Assembly (NCBI GenBank): GCA_048772705.1
Contig: JBLWGC010000160.1
Span: 42,692-106,691 of the forward strand
Length of the DNA stretch: 64,000 nucleotides
From: Leidyana gryllorum EB-2025a
Lineage: Eukaryota; Protista; Apicomplexa
Reading direction: 5' to 3'
Part shown: piece by piece, positions 1 to 12,524 of the stretch
How positions within the stretch are numbered: the stretch's first letter is position 1
How the letters are laid out: each line of letters begins with the position of its first letter
Translations under genes and position numbers: made by a program
The notes under the pieces: model-generated
What the model saw: only the letters and a program-made list of their open reading frames with translations
What the model was told of the DNA's origin: nothing
Database searches by the model: none

Positions 1-102
1 ATCTGTATGTGTCACCACTAATAGTTCCTTGTCTACTTTCACACATAGCCAGCCAGCCAGCGAGATGATAAGGTGTCAATAGGCCTCTCATCAAATGAAA
101 TC

Positions 103-3100
103 TTAGGTGATGTACATATATTCCGGCTGCTTGCCCTCCTTTTGTGAAACGGAGAGGTAATCTGCGCGTTCGGGAACTAGTGCTAACCACAAAGGACAGC
201 CACCGTACTCACCTTTCTCCACTAAGCGGTCGAGAGTCTCTTGGACCATTGTCCGATCAAAGGGTAACCCGTACTTTGCTTCCATACAATGTTCCATAAT
301 GCCCGCAATTGGAGCCGTCTGCTTCTTCTTCATATACCTCACGATGCCCGCTTCCAGCGCGAGAGCTGCCATTCGACCAGAACGCTCGATCGCCCGCGCT
401 TGATTCACCGCCGCATGACCCTGAGACTCGTTTTAGTTGACAGAAACCCCTCAGTGCTTACTTCTGATTCCCGCGGCAGAGTCAGTCGGACCACACTCTT
501 CTCCCCCGCGAATTTCCGGTTTACAGTGTATATTTGCTGTGTCTCCTGGACACGAAGAGCAAGCTGAAGCCACACGAGCCGCCATCTCTACTTACATCGA
601 AGTTCAATACCGCTGACGCCTTTTGATCCACCATAGGCTTCAACTGAGCTCGAATTTGAGCTGCAGTGAGAGAGGGAGTGCGCCGTGTCAAAGCTGCTAA
701 CGACCATTCGCGGCTTTCATTGAACATCAGCAGTAAAATCGCTTGAGTCGCAGACAGCTCAAAGGTATATCGGCCTGGAAGTTTCTCATTCTTTCCCATC
801 TGGTTGAAACAAATTGTTGCATATGAATATTGCATATCGAAGCGCAACAGACGATCTGCACAACCATTTCGAGTGACAGACACCTCTCCAGCTTGACTCA
901 CTGGTGAACTTCTCTCTGTACATGTCTCCATACTTTCTCAGCATGCTGCTAACGGAAAACGGAAGCCATATGGACGGCAGCTTGACGATTGGCTCATTCC
1001 GCTTGGCCTTGCTCTGACATACCAGTGTATAACCCGCACCGTCGCAAATTCGACACACACACACACACACACACACACGCGTGTGCACAAGGGCGGAGAC
1101 ACGCAGGAATGGACAGTGCACTTACGTTGTTATTGCCAGCTTTCTGTTTGGCCGCGGCTTCTTGCTTCGCAGAGGGCCATATATTCGCTGGGCAAACACG
1201 AAGTTGTACTTCGACGCGCCCCTCCATGAGCTCCATTTCTTCTGGGTCTTTGAGGCATTCGTCCTGTGGATTAAGTTGCAGCTTCTGCTCCAGTGCGGTT
1301 CTCTTTGATCTCAACATGGTTTGGAAATCACAATTCAGTTGCTGAGATGCCTCCTGCAAACGACGAAAGTGAGATTAGATCGATCTTTGGCGGCGTGTGA
1401 CCTCCTTACCCATTCCCGCAAAATCGTATCCATTGTAGTCACATAGCTCTCTCCGCACTCTCGTGCGATGAGCATGACCAGGAACCTCTCAATTTCAAAC
1501 TGCGCTCGTGGTTCACCGAACATGCGCAGAGCCATTGCGTCTTCGTGTGCCGACTGCAATAACGGCAATACACTTTGCACCACCAGCCGCGCATTTGGAT
1601 ATAACTCACTCGTACAACGTGCTTCCATTCGTTTGCGACTAATAAGAATGTCATGCCGCACAAACGTTTCTTCATCTCGATCTCCCCCTGATCCGGATTT
1701 CGAATTGTCCGGTCAACATACGCGACAAGGCATAGCGCCAAGTGTTGAGCAAAGGCGTGGCGTTGAGTCAAAGCAGCCGCTATAGCTTCTCTGGTGGCGC
1801 GTTGTACCCTCTGCAACACCGACACTTTATAAGGCGGTTTATTCGCCTCCAACATTCGCTGATTGATCAATACCGTCATTGCTGATTCCGCCATGCTAAA
1901 GACATTCTTCTCATTGCCTTTATAGTTGAGATCAAAGAGGTCCGTGGCTTCGTTAATTCTGACGCGGCCAATCGGAAAAATCATTCGTTTCGGCACTTAC
2001 GTCTCCGTCAGGCGGGCTAAAATGGCAAAACCTTCCCCTTTACTCTCTTCAGAGTTCATGACTCGCTCGTCTCCAAACACAGCATCCAGAAAGTTCAGTG
2101 TGACAGTCTGTTGCGAGAAAGGGTCGCTCAGTCCTCACTCGACGGAAATTTCACCTCACCTGGCAACCGGCGGCCCACGCTGCAATAACATTGTCCAGAA
2201 GGCCCGAGAGATCGGCACAATGGATGACAACTCTCAACAAGTCAAACTCGTTGTCGAGAAAGAGATCGAACAATCCTGAGGTGGACTCAACTTCAATGGG
2301 GACAGTGGAGGAATAAGGACGGCGTTTTATATTCACGTTCGTCTCCGTGAAGTACCGAGCTTGTTCCACGAAGAAGGCTTTTATCATCGCTTTGACTACC
2401 AATGGTCTTGTTGTGGGGTGAAATTGGTCCTCAATTCGAGTATTCTCGCAGTACATGAGGGCCACCAACGCTTTGATCAAAAGAGCAGTTGGTGTCCACG
2501 CTAACAGGGGAGCTCCAATCACTCGGGGGTAGGGTAGCGGATTGCTTGGCGGTGGTCGAACGGCCGCACATACTATCGCCCTGGCCCCCACCGTCCACCG
2601 CTTCCCCAACTCTTCAACCATAATCGGCTGCAGATCGCGCTCGTACAACTCCAGGTCCAGAAACATGTGCGATAACGTCTTCACTTCAGCAAAGTTCTCA
2701 GTTGGATAAGTTTCGGTCAGAAGCGGCAGGTCGGCCGATGTGAGAACACTTTCCCAAACTTGAGTACTCGCCGCTACCACATTTGCTACAACGTCGCGCG
2801 CCAAACTCGGCAACAGCGAGCAATCCTTCTCAGTAATCTGGTTGACGCACATCTTTAGCGCTGTATCGGTCCATCCCTTCAAAGTACTTCGCTGTACATA
2901 AACTTGGTCCAAATACCGCAAAGTCCGCCGCACAAATCCTTGACCCTTAGCGAAGCGTTGCCATGCATTGGCAGCCGCAATGATCCGTCCAGCTCGTGTT
3001 CTCGCTTGTTTCACGTCCCGAGCAAGGTCATCGACCCACGATACAATCGACGTCTTCAGCCGCCGCTGAATCTCCTCCACCAACGTTAGGGCATACCCTT

Positions 3101-3599
3101 GTGCACACAAATCCGTCACCATCTACAAGGGACTCGTCAATCGAGTGCAGCGCGAACATGTGTATAATCATAGCCTCACAAAAACAGTCGCCTAACCATC
3201 GGAACACTCTGGTCCGAGCATCACACCATGGATACTGGTCATTCGGCAGACTGTTGTACAGCAAATCTCAGCTGACCATCTTCGGCCACAGCCGTCTCAT
3301 TCACAGGTAGAGCACACACACGTGTGCTACTCACCCTATACACGGCCACCTCAGAGGGCAGCCCTTCGTCATTTACAGGGGCGAATGCCTGTTCAATCGC
3401 GCGCAGGATCACCGCACGATGTGCTTGTACATCCTGCGTCTTGAGTCCTGGCCAGTCTGCACTTACACGTAATTGGCCTGTCAAAATACCACTCACATCG
3501 GCCGCGCGCCAACTGCACTCTCAACCTGGACGCCCTCGAAGTTTTATCTCCATAGGAGCAAAGTGTCAACCGTATTTCTACAGGGCGGAATTCCATCAT
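103..3599 (-). CDS. Divergent cullin family protein (multi-exon)
   Basis: The C-terminal neddylation/winged-helix motif ALEAGIVRYMKKKQ...QETLDRLVEK is in the 103..408 ORF. The cullin-homology segment YTFELSATQAILLLMFNESREWSL is in 521..931, and the N-terminal repeat motif VRRTLRYLDQVYVQ is in 2151..3122. ORF pieces are separated by GT-AG introns. The start at 3599 is inferred by splicing the gtgagt...gtgcag intron near 3496. Confidence 0.8.
1053..1078. repeat. (AC)n microsatellite inside a cullin intron
   Basis: Visible acacacac run; it explains the HTHTHT and CVCVCV shadow ORFs. Confidence 0.9.
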
Positions 3600-3621
3600 C
3601 CACGCATTTTTTATAGGAAGG

Positions 3622-4500
3622 TCAAGACTGTTTGCCAAGCGCCTCAAGGTATGCAGCACTCAGAGGAGGTTGTACTGGTGGTCTAACAACATGATTGGCG
3701 GGTAGTTGGTAGGTTCTGTCTGGGTCTCCATCTTTCTGAAGGTCTCCCACGTGTACGAAGGGTATCTGCTTCTTCGTGGTCACTCCAGGAGACAACCTGT
3801 CGTAGATGTATTTCTCGAATGTTCGGAAGTTGGCTGTCAAGTCAACTCCAAAGTCGGAAGGGATGCGCAAACCTTGACAGACGACGAAGCTTTCCAAGCT
3901 ACTGATTCGACTACTCGCAGGCTTGGCACAGTGGACACTTTCGAAGAAGACTAGGAGCTGGGTGAAAAGCCATCCCACATGTCTGCCGCGAAACACCTTG
4001 GCTACGAAAGTGCCTTTGTCCCTGAGCAGCAGCAGAGACACTCGGAGTGCCGCCAACAACAGTCTATGTTGTAAGTGTTCGTCAACGTCATGCATCCCTG
4101 TGACATCCGGAGCTCCGTCGCAGACGATCAGGTCGGCCTTTTCATTCCCGAAATGAGACATGATTGCTTCAACAGTGCCTAGACTGCTGATGTCACCTCT
4201 TAATTGGATGACGCCTGGAATTTCTGCCATTTCCTGAAGATCGACAGCGACGATGAGCGGTTCCGGTGCAGTCGGATCCCTCTCTCGAGCTTTCTGGTGC
4301 TCATCTGTCAGCCGTCGACGGATCACTTGAGACCACGAGCCTGGGGCAGCGCATAAATCAACTACTTTCCGGACATCGGGCGTGAATATGTTATATTCAT
4401 CATCCACTTGAATCAGTTTATAAGCACTTCTGGCTCTATACGCTTCCTCTTTGGCCCTTCGATAGTAAACATCACGTCTATCCTTGGACCCCTTCCCCAT
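3622..4500 (-). CDS. TRM7: tRNA (C32/G34)-2'-O-methyltransferase, FtsJ/Trm7 family
   Basis: Motifs MGKGSKDRRDVYYRRAKEEAYRARSAYKL, VDLCAAPGSWSQV, DLIVCDGAPDVTG, FVAKVFRG and AKPASSRISSLESF, in one intronless 292-aa ORF. Confidence 0.95.
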   Translation of the reverse strand: MGKGSKDRRDVYYRRAKEEAYRARSAYKLIQVDDEYNIFTPDVRKVVDLCAAPGSWSQVIRRRLTDEHQKARERDPTAPEPLIVAVDLQEMAEIPGVIQLRGDISSLGTVEAIMSHFGNEKADLIVCDGAPDVTGMHDVDEHLQHRLLLAALRVSLLLLRDKGTFVAKVFRGRHVGWLFTQLLVFFESVHCAKPASSRISSLESFVVCQGLRIPSDFGVDLTANFRTFEKYIYDRLSPGVTTKKQIPFVHVGDLQKDGDPDRTYQLPANHVVRPPVQPPLSAAYLEALGKQS

Positions 4501-5210
4501 TGCGCCAAAATTTCTTACCAGCTCAGAATGATGGGAAGTGCTCGCCAGTAGGTTTCGAGCCTCCCTTCCTCAGTCAAAGTAGAACAATTGAGCCTTTGCT
4601 GCATCTATGCCTATGAGTGAGCTCTTACAGAGCCATGGCCCCTACGCATCAAGAATCCACCCATGTTTATCACATCACACACATTTAGTACATCGACCGC
4701 ACACAGATGTGTAGGGAGGAAGACGGATACATTCAACAAATGGAGTCACGAATGCGCAAATGCGCCCGAATGGGCCTCGACTACGATTCCACTTTGCTTC
4801 CTTCCGAAGGATGGTTGCAGTGGGTCGACAAGAACCAAGGACTGTGGATATTCGAAGGGCTCTTCGTTCGCGAATATGACCCCTCCGACCCGTTCAATGA
4901 TTCACATTACTTTTCTCGTGACGATATGGATTTGGTATCAAGTCTGCGATCGAGTGATTGAGAAGGTTAAATATGTGTGGCACTTTCCGCAGTCAGTGTG
5001 AAGATCTCTAATGCTTGCAAACAATTACTTCCAAGGCTGTCGATGGCGATCCCCCGCCGTCCACGGCATCCTGATTAAGTCAACAGTAGTCTGCTCTGTG
5101 CCCCTTGACTTTGTTTCACTATGGCAAGATGAAGTACCGTCACCCGTGATGTCCTCAACGTGTGGGCGGATTGCATGTTGGATCCGCAATAGGCTCTGTG
5201 ACTCAGATCA

Positions 5211-8200
5211 ATGGCTGCGAAGAGCGAGAGTACGTCGTTGGAAGCTGCAGCGGCCCGTCAACGTAGTCATTCTTCCCGTTCAAAGGCCAGACAGACGCGG
5301 AGAATCGCACCATCGCGTAAGCTGGCGTTCTCCTTGGAGCATGCGTCGCATGGTTCGTTCGACTCCGCATCTGTCCCATTTGAGAGCGTGAAGTGTCCCT
5401 CGGGCTTCTCCAGTGGCTACGACCCCATGACTGTGTGTCGAGATGATATGGATCTGACAGTCAACCTGGAAAGCATCCTCGGATATCTCCAAGGCACTGA
5501 CGAACCGCTCAAAACCGACAGCTCTTGGACCTTGCGGGCCGATGCAGTGAGCTCACACGACAGGATAGCCTTCCTCAAGGATCTGCCATCGAGTCTACTC
5601 AGTGTAGACTTCCGTCTCCGTGAAGGTCTCGTGGAAGAGGGCACGGAGGGAGGTGGCAATGACGGCAAAGATCGGGAAGCGAGTAGTGATCCAGAGGCTC
5701 GCCAGTCTCGGAAGCAAAGTGAACACGGAGGAGAAGACGGTAATCGTCGAGAAAATGAACGAAGCCCTCCTCGACGAGATCAGAACCAAGGAGACGGAGC
5801 CGGAGACGGAGCCGGAGACGGAGCCGGAGACGGAGCCGGAGACGGAGCCGGAGACGGAGCCGGAGACGGAGCCGGAGACGGAGGACCTCCCTCTGGGGGA
5901 GGCGATGAAGGGGGTGGTGGTGACGACGGAGACGGAGACGGCAGTGACCGTGGAGACGGCAAAGACATGCCGCCCAGTGAGCGCCTATCCGAGTCGTCTG
6001 ACTCTGACGAGAGTGAGGAAGAGCATTATGGGAGTGGCGCAGAGGGAGTGCGGCAACAGTCAGGAGCCCACAGCGAGGTTCAGTCTGCTGAAGGTGTGCG
6101 GCTGGACGGTGGTTCGGAAGCCAGTCGTCATCAGAAGCAGACAGGTGGCGAGGCTGCTACGGAATCTGAGAGGAGAAGTGTCCCGAGCTCGCCGGGAGCG
6201 AGTGGTGACGAGACGATGACTGAACGGAAAGCGAAGAGACGAATGCTTCGAGCGAAACGAAAGACCAGACAATGGATGCGAACCACCCAATATATTTACG
6301 GGGGTCGTGGCAGAGTGGTGGTCGAGTCATTGCAACGTTCCGGAAGATCACAACAATTGATTTGGTATTGCCCGCAGCGTCTTCCCGAGGCTTATGCCGG
6401 GCGTCCTGATCCCAGTCAACCCCCGTGTCTGATGTATGTGGGTTATGTTTCGAACAACGAAGATATGGTTCGGGAGGCGAGTCGGCGGCGAGTGCCTGAG
6501 AGAGTGAGGCGTAGGCTGCTGGGCAAAGCCAAACCGCTTTCTCCTGAAGGGCCGCCGCGGGAGGTTGTTCGGGTCATTAGATCAATAAAGCCGAGGGATT
6601 TCTTCATTGCTATTCAAACAGTGTGCGCCAGTCTCTACGATGGCGTGGCCGATTTCTCTGCCTACTGTCAGGAGGGTTGGGAGCGGCGAGCGAATCCGCA
6701 ATGGCGACGAGTGACGTTTGGATCGCAACGGCCGAAGGTGTTGGAAGACGTCTGTGCCCGGTTGAGATTGAGACTGCCGCCCGAGCATTTGTTCCCGTGC
6801 ACTGCCAATTTGGATTCTTCGGACTTTAACTATTCTGCGGGTGTGAGGCTGATCAATTCGGGCAATCCGGCCGACTTGGCTCGCAGTCGGACGATATGTA
6901 TTCCGTTTAAGGGCCATTCGATGATCAGACGGGACCCCTTCTCGTACTTTTATCTCCCGATACCGTGTCCGAAGGCCACAAACTGCCCTTTGGTGTGCTG
7001 TCCGCTGAGTCATTCCATCATGGAGAAGGCAATGCACCCACTCAACTTCCGGAGTTCAGCTTGTTGTCGATCAAAGAATCTTTCCCACGACAACTGTTCA
7101 TTCTACCATTCCCAAACAGAAGCCGAAGAGGCCATTAATCTGTGGCTTGTGTGGGAAGAGTGGTGGGGAGGCTGGCGGCTGGCGATAACACCCATCTGTG
7201 CTTACCTCAGATCGAGTCAAAAGGACATTCACCGTGAGTTTCTATTACTCTCTGTCTCTCTCTCTTTATCCTAAATACCAATTTGTGTCGTCTCAGACGC
7301 GAGATATCTTCTCGGAAAGTTGGCACACTGTCGGACTCAGCGAGTGTCCTCAGTGGAGGTGGAGCATTTACACATTCTCAAGAATATTGAAGATCACCTG
7401 AGTTGGATTCCAACGTTCGAGTTGCGGTTGGCAGCTCAACCTTTGAATCCACTCTTTGGCTTTGTTATTCAACAGAAGACGGTGATGAACTTTTGGGCAC
7501 ATCTGCATCATGAGCACCTCCACCGGCCCCAGACCATCGAAGAGGTCAATGCCAAATACACTGCCTTTGTATCCTTCTGGTCGGACGCTTTGGAGCTCTA
7601 TCAGCACCGAGGGGACGAAATACTCCTCAGCAGACGTCAACAGCAAAACTTATCGTGGCTCCCGAAAGGACACTCCATTACCATTGATCCCATACGGTTC
7701 CGCAAAATCCGCCCCTTCGTCGACCTCTCTGCGCTGCTGCAAAGTGGCCGCGTTGTCCTCCTCGAAGACGAGTCTCCGGGACGGCTGGCGGGCATCCCTC
7801 TCGTCCCGAAGAACTATTTACCCCCAATTGTACATCCGCCCCCACGGCCCCCGGTTATTCCTGACCCGCCGGGCGTAAGTCGCACCGGTATGCTCTCGAC
7901 GGCTGGAATGGCGGCCAGGATACAAAACGAAAATAGGGGACATATTGTGGGCACCCCTCTCGACTCTAATTGGACCGAAGACCAAATTTCTGCCAGTGAT
8001 CTCGCCGTCGGCTTCCCGCACCTTCCGGGTTCTGTTGCAGATGGACTGCCGGAAAGACCACACGACAGCTCGGACGATTTTGGAGGAGAAGACGAAGACT
8101 TTGAAAACGGAACCAACAACGACAACGGAGACAGCAAGAGACGGCGGCCGGTGTTCGAGAATATAGTGACTGGGTGTCCGACGGGGTCGCTGACCCTCGG

Positions 8201-8909
8201 GCAGCCGCAGCTTAAGGACAAAAGTGCGAGTGTTCTACACGGCCGAATAGTTCAGGCGGCTCAGTCTCGAGGCCTGGGAGCCCTCGAGGGCGAGGCTATG
8301 TCTCCGGGATGGGGTATGCCACCTGAGGGACAGAGTTTGGCCAACCGTCGCCTGATAGAACAAGCCTGGGCCCACTGTGGGAGACAGGCCGGCCTGCCGA
8401 TCAGCACCGATGGCAACGGGTTTACAACTGATGACATGGCTCAAATGGTTATGCGTCTCAAAGAAAAGGAGTACATTCTCCAAAGACGACTGAAAGACCA
8501 AAAGAGGGCAAAACTCGTCTTCCCCACCGTCGTCGTCGCGAGGGCCGAAAAGGGAAAGCGAAACAAAGACGGGGTCAAGTACCACGGATCCGAGTGGATT
8601 CAGCGCAGACGCCGACTCAAACGTCGAGATCTGAAGCGACAGTGGAACCGCGGCGGGTGGAAGGAGCCCACCGGGGAAACTACTGGCACAGTTTGTCGGG
8701 GTACCGATACGACAGACTTGGATAAACGGACTGTAGAACCCGCCCGATTCTCTTGGTACACAGCGAAAAGCTCAACGAGCAGTGACGGATCGCCCACGCG
8801 AAAAGCCCGCAACATTCAAACAGGCGCCCAGGATAACAACCATTCCCGCTCAAATGATCAATCCCCCCCAATGTCAAGAAAAAGACGTTGGCGGCGCACG
8901 AGTGTTTGA
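5211..8909 (+). CDS. Tandem CCCH zinc-finger protein (Unkempt/TZF-like), array paralogue 1
   Basis: Motif RRDPFSYFYLPIPCPKATNCPLVCCPLSH...HPLNFRSSAC...CSFYH. A 63-nt phase-1 intron at 7234-7296 joins ORFs 5211..7274 and 7320..8909 (LAAQPLNPLFG). The 5' end is uncertain. Confidence 0.8.
5790..5882 (+). repeat. 12-bp coding tandem repeat (GGAGACGGAGCC)x7 plus a partial copy, encoding (GDGA)n
   Basis: Directly visible perfect tandem repeat. Confidence 0.95.
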
Positions 8910-9504
8910 GCGCTGGCTGGCTGGCTGTTTGAATAAGCGAATTGTCGAGGAACAGGTGTCGTTGAGAACGTATAGCCACACAGGTTTACCGATTGGTGGG
9001 AGTCTCCTTTTATTCACTTTTTTACGGATTGCGTCTCTTTCGCGGTGGCTGAACTCTACACGCACCAATCGGCCGAACTTGCGGCATTCGTTTACAAAAG
9101 TAGTCATACAAAGTTCACACGAGTACGCCACGTTGGCAATGTCGGTCTGAGTAGTCTTAATGTAAATGTGGGGTGCACATTCACCGGGGGCTGTGAGTGA
9201 GGGTGCCGATGCACCCGGCACCCCTCTGACTTGATCTTCGTTCGCAACACGGGTAAGAGTTTGCTGCCGCCAAGTTTGTATGTGTTTGTTTCAGAGTGGC
9301 CGGCCATGTTCGGGGCTGCCAACGATGGGTGGTGGGCACATTAGGGGAGTGCTGACGGGGGTGGCGAGAGTCCACGCTCCCTAACATGGCATCATCCACA
9401 TTGTGCCCTCCCCGGGGTTTCCTACTCCTACACAAGAGACGCAACTATTTCTCCCGGGGTCGCCCCCACTCTACCACCCCATTTGATAAGATTTCTCCCT
9501 CTCG

Positions 9505-9596
9505 GGCCCCATCCATTGCTTGCGCGCCCGTATTGCGTTCCTTTCTCGCGGGCCCGAGAAATGGCGGCCCCCATCCTTTGCTTGCGCGCCCGTATT
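9505..9596. repeat. Intergenic ~30-bp direct repeat flanking a hairpin
   Basis: ggcccc(c)atcc(a/t)ttgcttgcgcgcccgtatt occurs at 9505-9534 and 9566-9596; tttctcg-cgggcc-cgagaaa lies at 9542-9561. Confidence 0.8.
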
Positions 9597-10130
9597 TCTC
9601 CGTCCGGCTGCCGTCCCTTTTCTCTTCGGCTTGCACGAGAATCCACCCCTATCGCCGATTTTCATCCCACACTCAGATCAACCGACATTCCAAAGTGTCG
9701 CTTATTGTGAGGCTCCACCCCTACTGCAATACTGACGACCTCGCGTAATCAAACTGAAATTGGCCGCCGCCGTTGTAAGCGCAGCCAAAGTTCACGACCG
9801 ACTTCAAATCCCGCGGTCTCCCCCTCCCAGACGCCGGAATGGCCGCGTGGGGCAGCACAGGCGGCATTTGGTCGACGGAAGGTGGCCAAAGAGACAGCGA
9901 CCTGCCACAAGGCAAGTCACTGCTCTGAGATTGTCCTCGACGGTTGATGGGGAACAAATGTTACAATTACCGATGCGCAAATTGTGTTGAATTCGGTGCA
10001 GCTGAGATGCGTAACAATTGTTGGGCGTTGCATGTGATCTAATAATTCGAGATCTAAAGTCGCATTAAGTGTGTTATATTGCACGTGTGCTTTGTGATAC
10101 ATTAAAACTACTGAACATTACTTGAAGAAT

Positions 10131-12078
10131 ATGACTGATCAATCACAGTTTTTCTGGAGTTCAAGACTCAATGCGGGTCGATGGAAGGAGCCCAAAGCTG
10201 AGGGTTTCGAGCCCGGCGAAATTGTGGAAATCATTCCGGCTCCTTCGCCGACCGCATTGCCCTTATCGGGACCGGCCCTGCAGGAGAGTGCGAGTGCGAC
10301 GGATCGAGTGCCTTCCTCGGCACCGGCGTTGGGATGTCGACAGTCACTTTTGGAGGAGCTCGAGGACGACAAGTTGAGGAGGAAGGATCAGAAAGAAGCG
10401 ACGACCGAATGGCCACCACCGGGTGCCCAGCTGTGTTGGTGGAGGGTCAACTTTAAGGCAGACCAAGATGTATATTATTCACCTCAATTACAAAGTACTC
10501 AGTACATTAGGGCAAAGATGAACGCTCCTCAAGTACCATTGCTGGTGATGCCGTCGACGGGCACTGTGGAGGACCAAACGATTGAGCCTTCGAATAATGA
10601 GCTGGACGAGGCTGTCGTCCGACGGGTTCTGGGAGTGTCGGATATTGAAGAGCACGACGTCGAGCCGATCTGTGCCATAAGACGGACGACACTCGGCAGA
10701 CTGTGGTATCAGACCGATCTGATGACGTGTCGTCTGTTCAATCCGACCATTCCAGTGTCTCACCTGGGCGCCGATGGATGGCAGACGTTGGTCAATCATC
10801 AATGGAATCCAATGAGGAGACTTCAAACTTATCCAAAGAGTGTGAGGAAGAACGCGAGAAAGAGAGGTTGGAGACTGCCCCCAATTAACGGCCTCCCCGT
10901 TTCTCCCAACTTGGAGAGCGGAGGCCTAAACTACACGTTGGCGAAGAATTTGGAGACCACTGGGACTGATTCTCGACGAAGTCGCGTATGTTGCCCGTTC
11001 AGGAACCCGAAAGGGCTGCGTCGCGACCCCTTCACGTACTTTTATCTCCCGGCGACGTGTCCGAAAGGGTTGTCCTGTCCCAACATTTGCTGTCCTTTCA
11101 GCCACTCATACCTGGAGATGGATCTGCACCCCATACGGTACAGAACTCAGACCTGCACTGCGCAAGACGAGTGCAACACGCCGTACTGCGGGTTCATCCA
11201 TCGCAAACGGGAGAGTCTGGACGCGCGACACCAATGGCTATTGTGGGAAGAGTACTGGTGTGGGTGGCGTCAAGCGCTTCCCGCTATCGAGTTTTACGCA
11301 GGAATGATATCGAAAGTCAACTACGGTAAGTATACGTTGCTCCCCCCTTTCGAGTACTATTTTGCCTCTCATTGCAGAAGTCGAAAACACTCTCGAAGCT
11401 TTGGCTCGGGCTCGAGACCTGCGCATTCTGAACAGTACTGAATACGACTTGGCGTGGCTCAAAGAGTTCGAAGACAGATCGGAGTGGTACACCAACTTTG
11501 ACTTTCGCATCTCGGCTCAGCCGCTCAATCCCCTATTTGGATTGATCTTCACTACTCGAATCAGCGGGACATTCTGGGATTTACAGCTCCGTCGGAACGC
11601 GACTCCGGATCAGCTCGACTTTTTCGAGAACAGACTGTATGAGCTGTCGCGGGCGTGGAGTGACTGCTACAGTCTCTGCCGCTATCGGGAGTCGAGGTTA
11701 CCACCGCTGCGACCCTTAAGAGTCACTGATATCGTGCATCCCCCTGAAGTCGAGCAGGTCGATCAAGTCGAGGTGGAAGTGGACTTGGCCTTTGCAGAAG
11801 AGCCTCCGCTGGCAGCTCCTCCCACTCTGGCACGGATGTTACCCGAAGGCAAGAGTTCGTGGGCAGATATTGTCAGAGGGGTGAGCAGTCTGTCAACAAT
11901 GGCTTCCATATCGGAACGGCCGCCGGCGGCTGAGGGGTCGGCTGAAAACAAGTCAGCCCCACATGAGCAGCCGGCCAACACTCCGAGCGAGAAGGTGTCA
12001 GAGAAGAAAGCCCCCGGAACTTACAAAGAGGTCGTGCAAGAATACACGTGTTATGCGAATTATCCATTCTGTGCGTGA
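10131..12078 (+). CDS. Tandem CCCH zinc-finger protein, array paralogue 2
   Basis: Motif RRDPFTYFYLPATCPKGLSCPNICCPFSHSYLEMDLHPIRYRTQTC...CGFIH. A 52-nt phase-1 intron at 11326-11377 joins the 11362..12078 frame (ISAQPLNPLFG). Confidence 0.85.
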
Positions 12079-12165
12079 GTGATTCTGACCGAACTCTTTG
12101 GTGTTTTGTGGTGAATGATATGTCTGCTTTTGACCAAATAATCTCTCCTAATCGTAAGATTTCGA

Positions 12166-12219
12166 GCGAAACTGAAGCTGTAAGCGCCCACGTGGCGCGA
12201 AACTGAAGCTGTAAGCGCC
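12166..12219. repeat. 23-bp direct repeat x2 around a CACGTG palindrome
   Basis: gcgaaactgaagctgtaagcgcc at 12166-12188 and 12197-12219; the junction reads gcgcccacgtggcgc. Confidence 0.85.
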
Positions 12220-12524
12220 ACAGGGCGACTTTGCTCGACTTTGCTGACTTTGCCCTTCTGGGGGAGACGGCGGCTGTTACGGCCACTATCGCTCTACGAC
12301 CCGCTGAAATGGAGAGTGCCGCTTACAACGCCCTCTCTCTCCCTCACCAATGTACAGGTGCACCCTGGCGTTTTGGGACTTTAGTCATGCACACGTGCTG
12401 CGGCGACGTGCCGTGGACGTGGGATGGTGGTGCGTGGTGTGAGGAGACGGGTCGAAGTACATTGGAGTTTTTGAGAGTGGCGATGGATCGCTGAGTTGGG
12501 GAGTGTTCTTGGGAGAGTATCATA

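Noticed and set aside
5620-6219. (PETE)n and (SPAP)n ORFs in other frames
   Set aside because: Alternative readings of the 12-bp GDGA repeat inside paralogue 1.
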